A stretch of 63,568 nt of DNA, filler included, from Octopus bimaculoides (Eukaryota), in NCBI RefSeq assembly GCF_001194135.2. It is 7 parts of 7 records of this genome, joined end to end, with 100 filler letters (N's around TTAATTAATTAA, not from the genome) between each part and the next. Parts side by side here need not be neighbours in the genome. Positions count along the whole stretch, not along the records: positions 61,874 to 63,568 come from NC_068985.1; 6 more parts are not named here. One strand, given 5' to 3'. This document shows, piece by piece, positions 62,387 through 63,568 of this stretch; the first letter of the stretch is position 1; every line of letters starts with the position of its first letter. The notes under the pieces are model-generated. The model had not been told where the DNA came from. It did no database searches and saw nothing but the letters and a program-made list of their open reading frames with translations. A program made the translations under genes and the position numbers.

Positions 62387-63260
62387 GGCGGCGTGCTAGT
62401 AGAGACGTTAGCATGCAGGGTGAAATGCTTAGCGAGACTTCGTCTGTCTTTAAATTTTGAGTTTAAATTCCGCCGAGGTCGACTTTGCCTTTCATCCTTT
62501 AGGGTAGATAAACTAAGTACCAGTTGCGTACTGGGGTCGATCTAATCGACCTTTCCCCTTCCCCTAAAATTTCAGGCCTTGTGCCTAGAGCAGAAAAGAT
62601 TTTTAATGCGGCGATCTGGAAGAATGGTTAGCACGCCGGGCGAAATGCTTAACGATACTTCGTCTGTCTATATGTTCTGAGTTCAAATTCCGCCGAGATC
62701 AACTTTGCCCTTCATCCTTTCGGGGTCGATAGATTAAGTACCATTTACGTACTGGGGTCGATATAATCGACTTAATCCGTTTGTCTGTCCTTGTTTGTCC
62801 CCTCTGTGCATAGCCCCTTGTGAGCAGTAAAGAAATTAGAAACGTTAGCATACTGGGAGAAATGCTTAGCGGTATTTCGTCTATCTTTGCGTTCTGAGAT
62901 CAAAGTCCGCCGAGGTCGACTTTGCCTTTCTGGGGTCGATAAATTAATTGCGAGTTACGTACTGGGGTCGATCTAATCGTCTGGTTCCCTGCCCGAAATT
63001 TTTGGGCTTCGTGCCTAGAGTAGAAAAGAATATATATGTTATATTTAAGGAACTGAACCAGAAGTTTTCCCGTTTCTGAAAAATGCTGAGTCGTATTGGC
63101 TTCAGCTTGCTACTGTGTAAGTTCAAATCCAGGTGAAATCAACTGTGCCTGTTACCCTTTCAGATTTGATAAACTAAAGTAGCAGTCAAGTACTAGGGTC
63201 GATATAATTTATTAAGCCCTTCCCTTAGAAAAATTACTAGCCTTGTGCCATAATTTGGTA
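62387..63260 (+). mobile_element. Head-to-tail array of about four SINE family B units
   Basis: Units start at ~62387, ~62605, ~62836 and ~63075, each with the ttcaaa(t/g)tcc.ccgag.tc.actttgcc core and a ggggtcgat tail. Confidence 0.85.
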
Positions 63261-63424
63261 TCATTATTATCAGTTACTGCATATGTATGTGCATGTGTGT
63301 GTGTGTACTGTGGAGTGTATATTATTGTCTATTAGTAGTTGGGGTTGAGGTAGCAGTGTAGACGATGTTGGTGATGCTGGTGGTTGTCATCATCATCATC
63401 TTTGGTGTCATCAACAATAACTTC

Positions 63425-63468
63425 CACATGATAATCGTCATCATCATCAGCAGCAGCAGCATCAGCAC

Positions 63469-63502
<34 letters not shown>

Positions 63503-63568
63503 GTCATCATCATCATCATCATCATCACCACCATCATCATCACCATCATCATCATCATCATCATCATC
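63425..63568. repeat. (CAT)n microsatellite
   Basis: Direct reading; explains the poly-M pseudo-ORF. Confidence 0.95.

Overview
AT-rich, microsatellite-dense animal genomic DNA from a gapped draft assembly. About a fifth of the window is N. Six identical 100-bp linkers (44N-TTAATTAATTAA-44N) mark joins across which contiguity is not guaranteed. The SINE families and repeat style suggest a coleoid cephalopod, probably Octopus (inference from recalled repeat families; no database search was run). Most entries in the ORF track are N-runs or microsatellite read-throughs. The only recognisable host gene is two minus-strand exons (8484-8559 and 2622-2713) of mitochondrial methionyl-tRNA formyltransferase (MTFMT). 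The rest is a transposon landscape: three mariner relics, MITEs, four SINE families, and fragments of RTE, HERO-like, Dong/R4-like, Gypsy and two Penelope-like (GIY-YIG) retroelements. The most interesting signal appears in no ORF. At least six unrelated short elements carry type I hammerhead-ribozyme folds, most with a palindromic (dimer-type) stem III. Several sit inside inverted duplications of 23 to ~215 bp, including a 465-bp palindrome built from two divergent hammerhead units. Self-cleavage is predicted from hand folding only and is untested.
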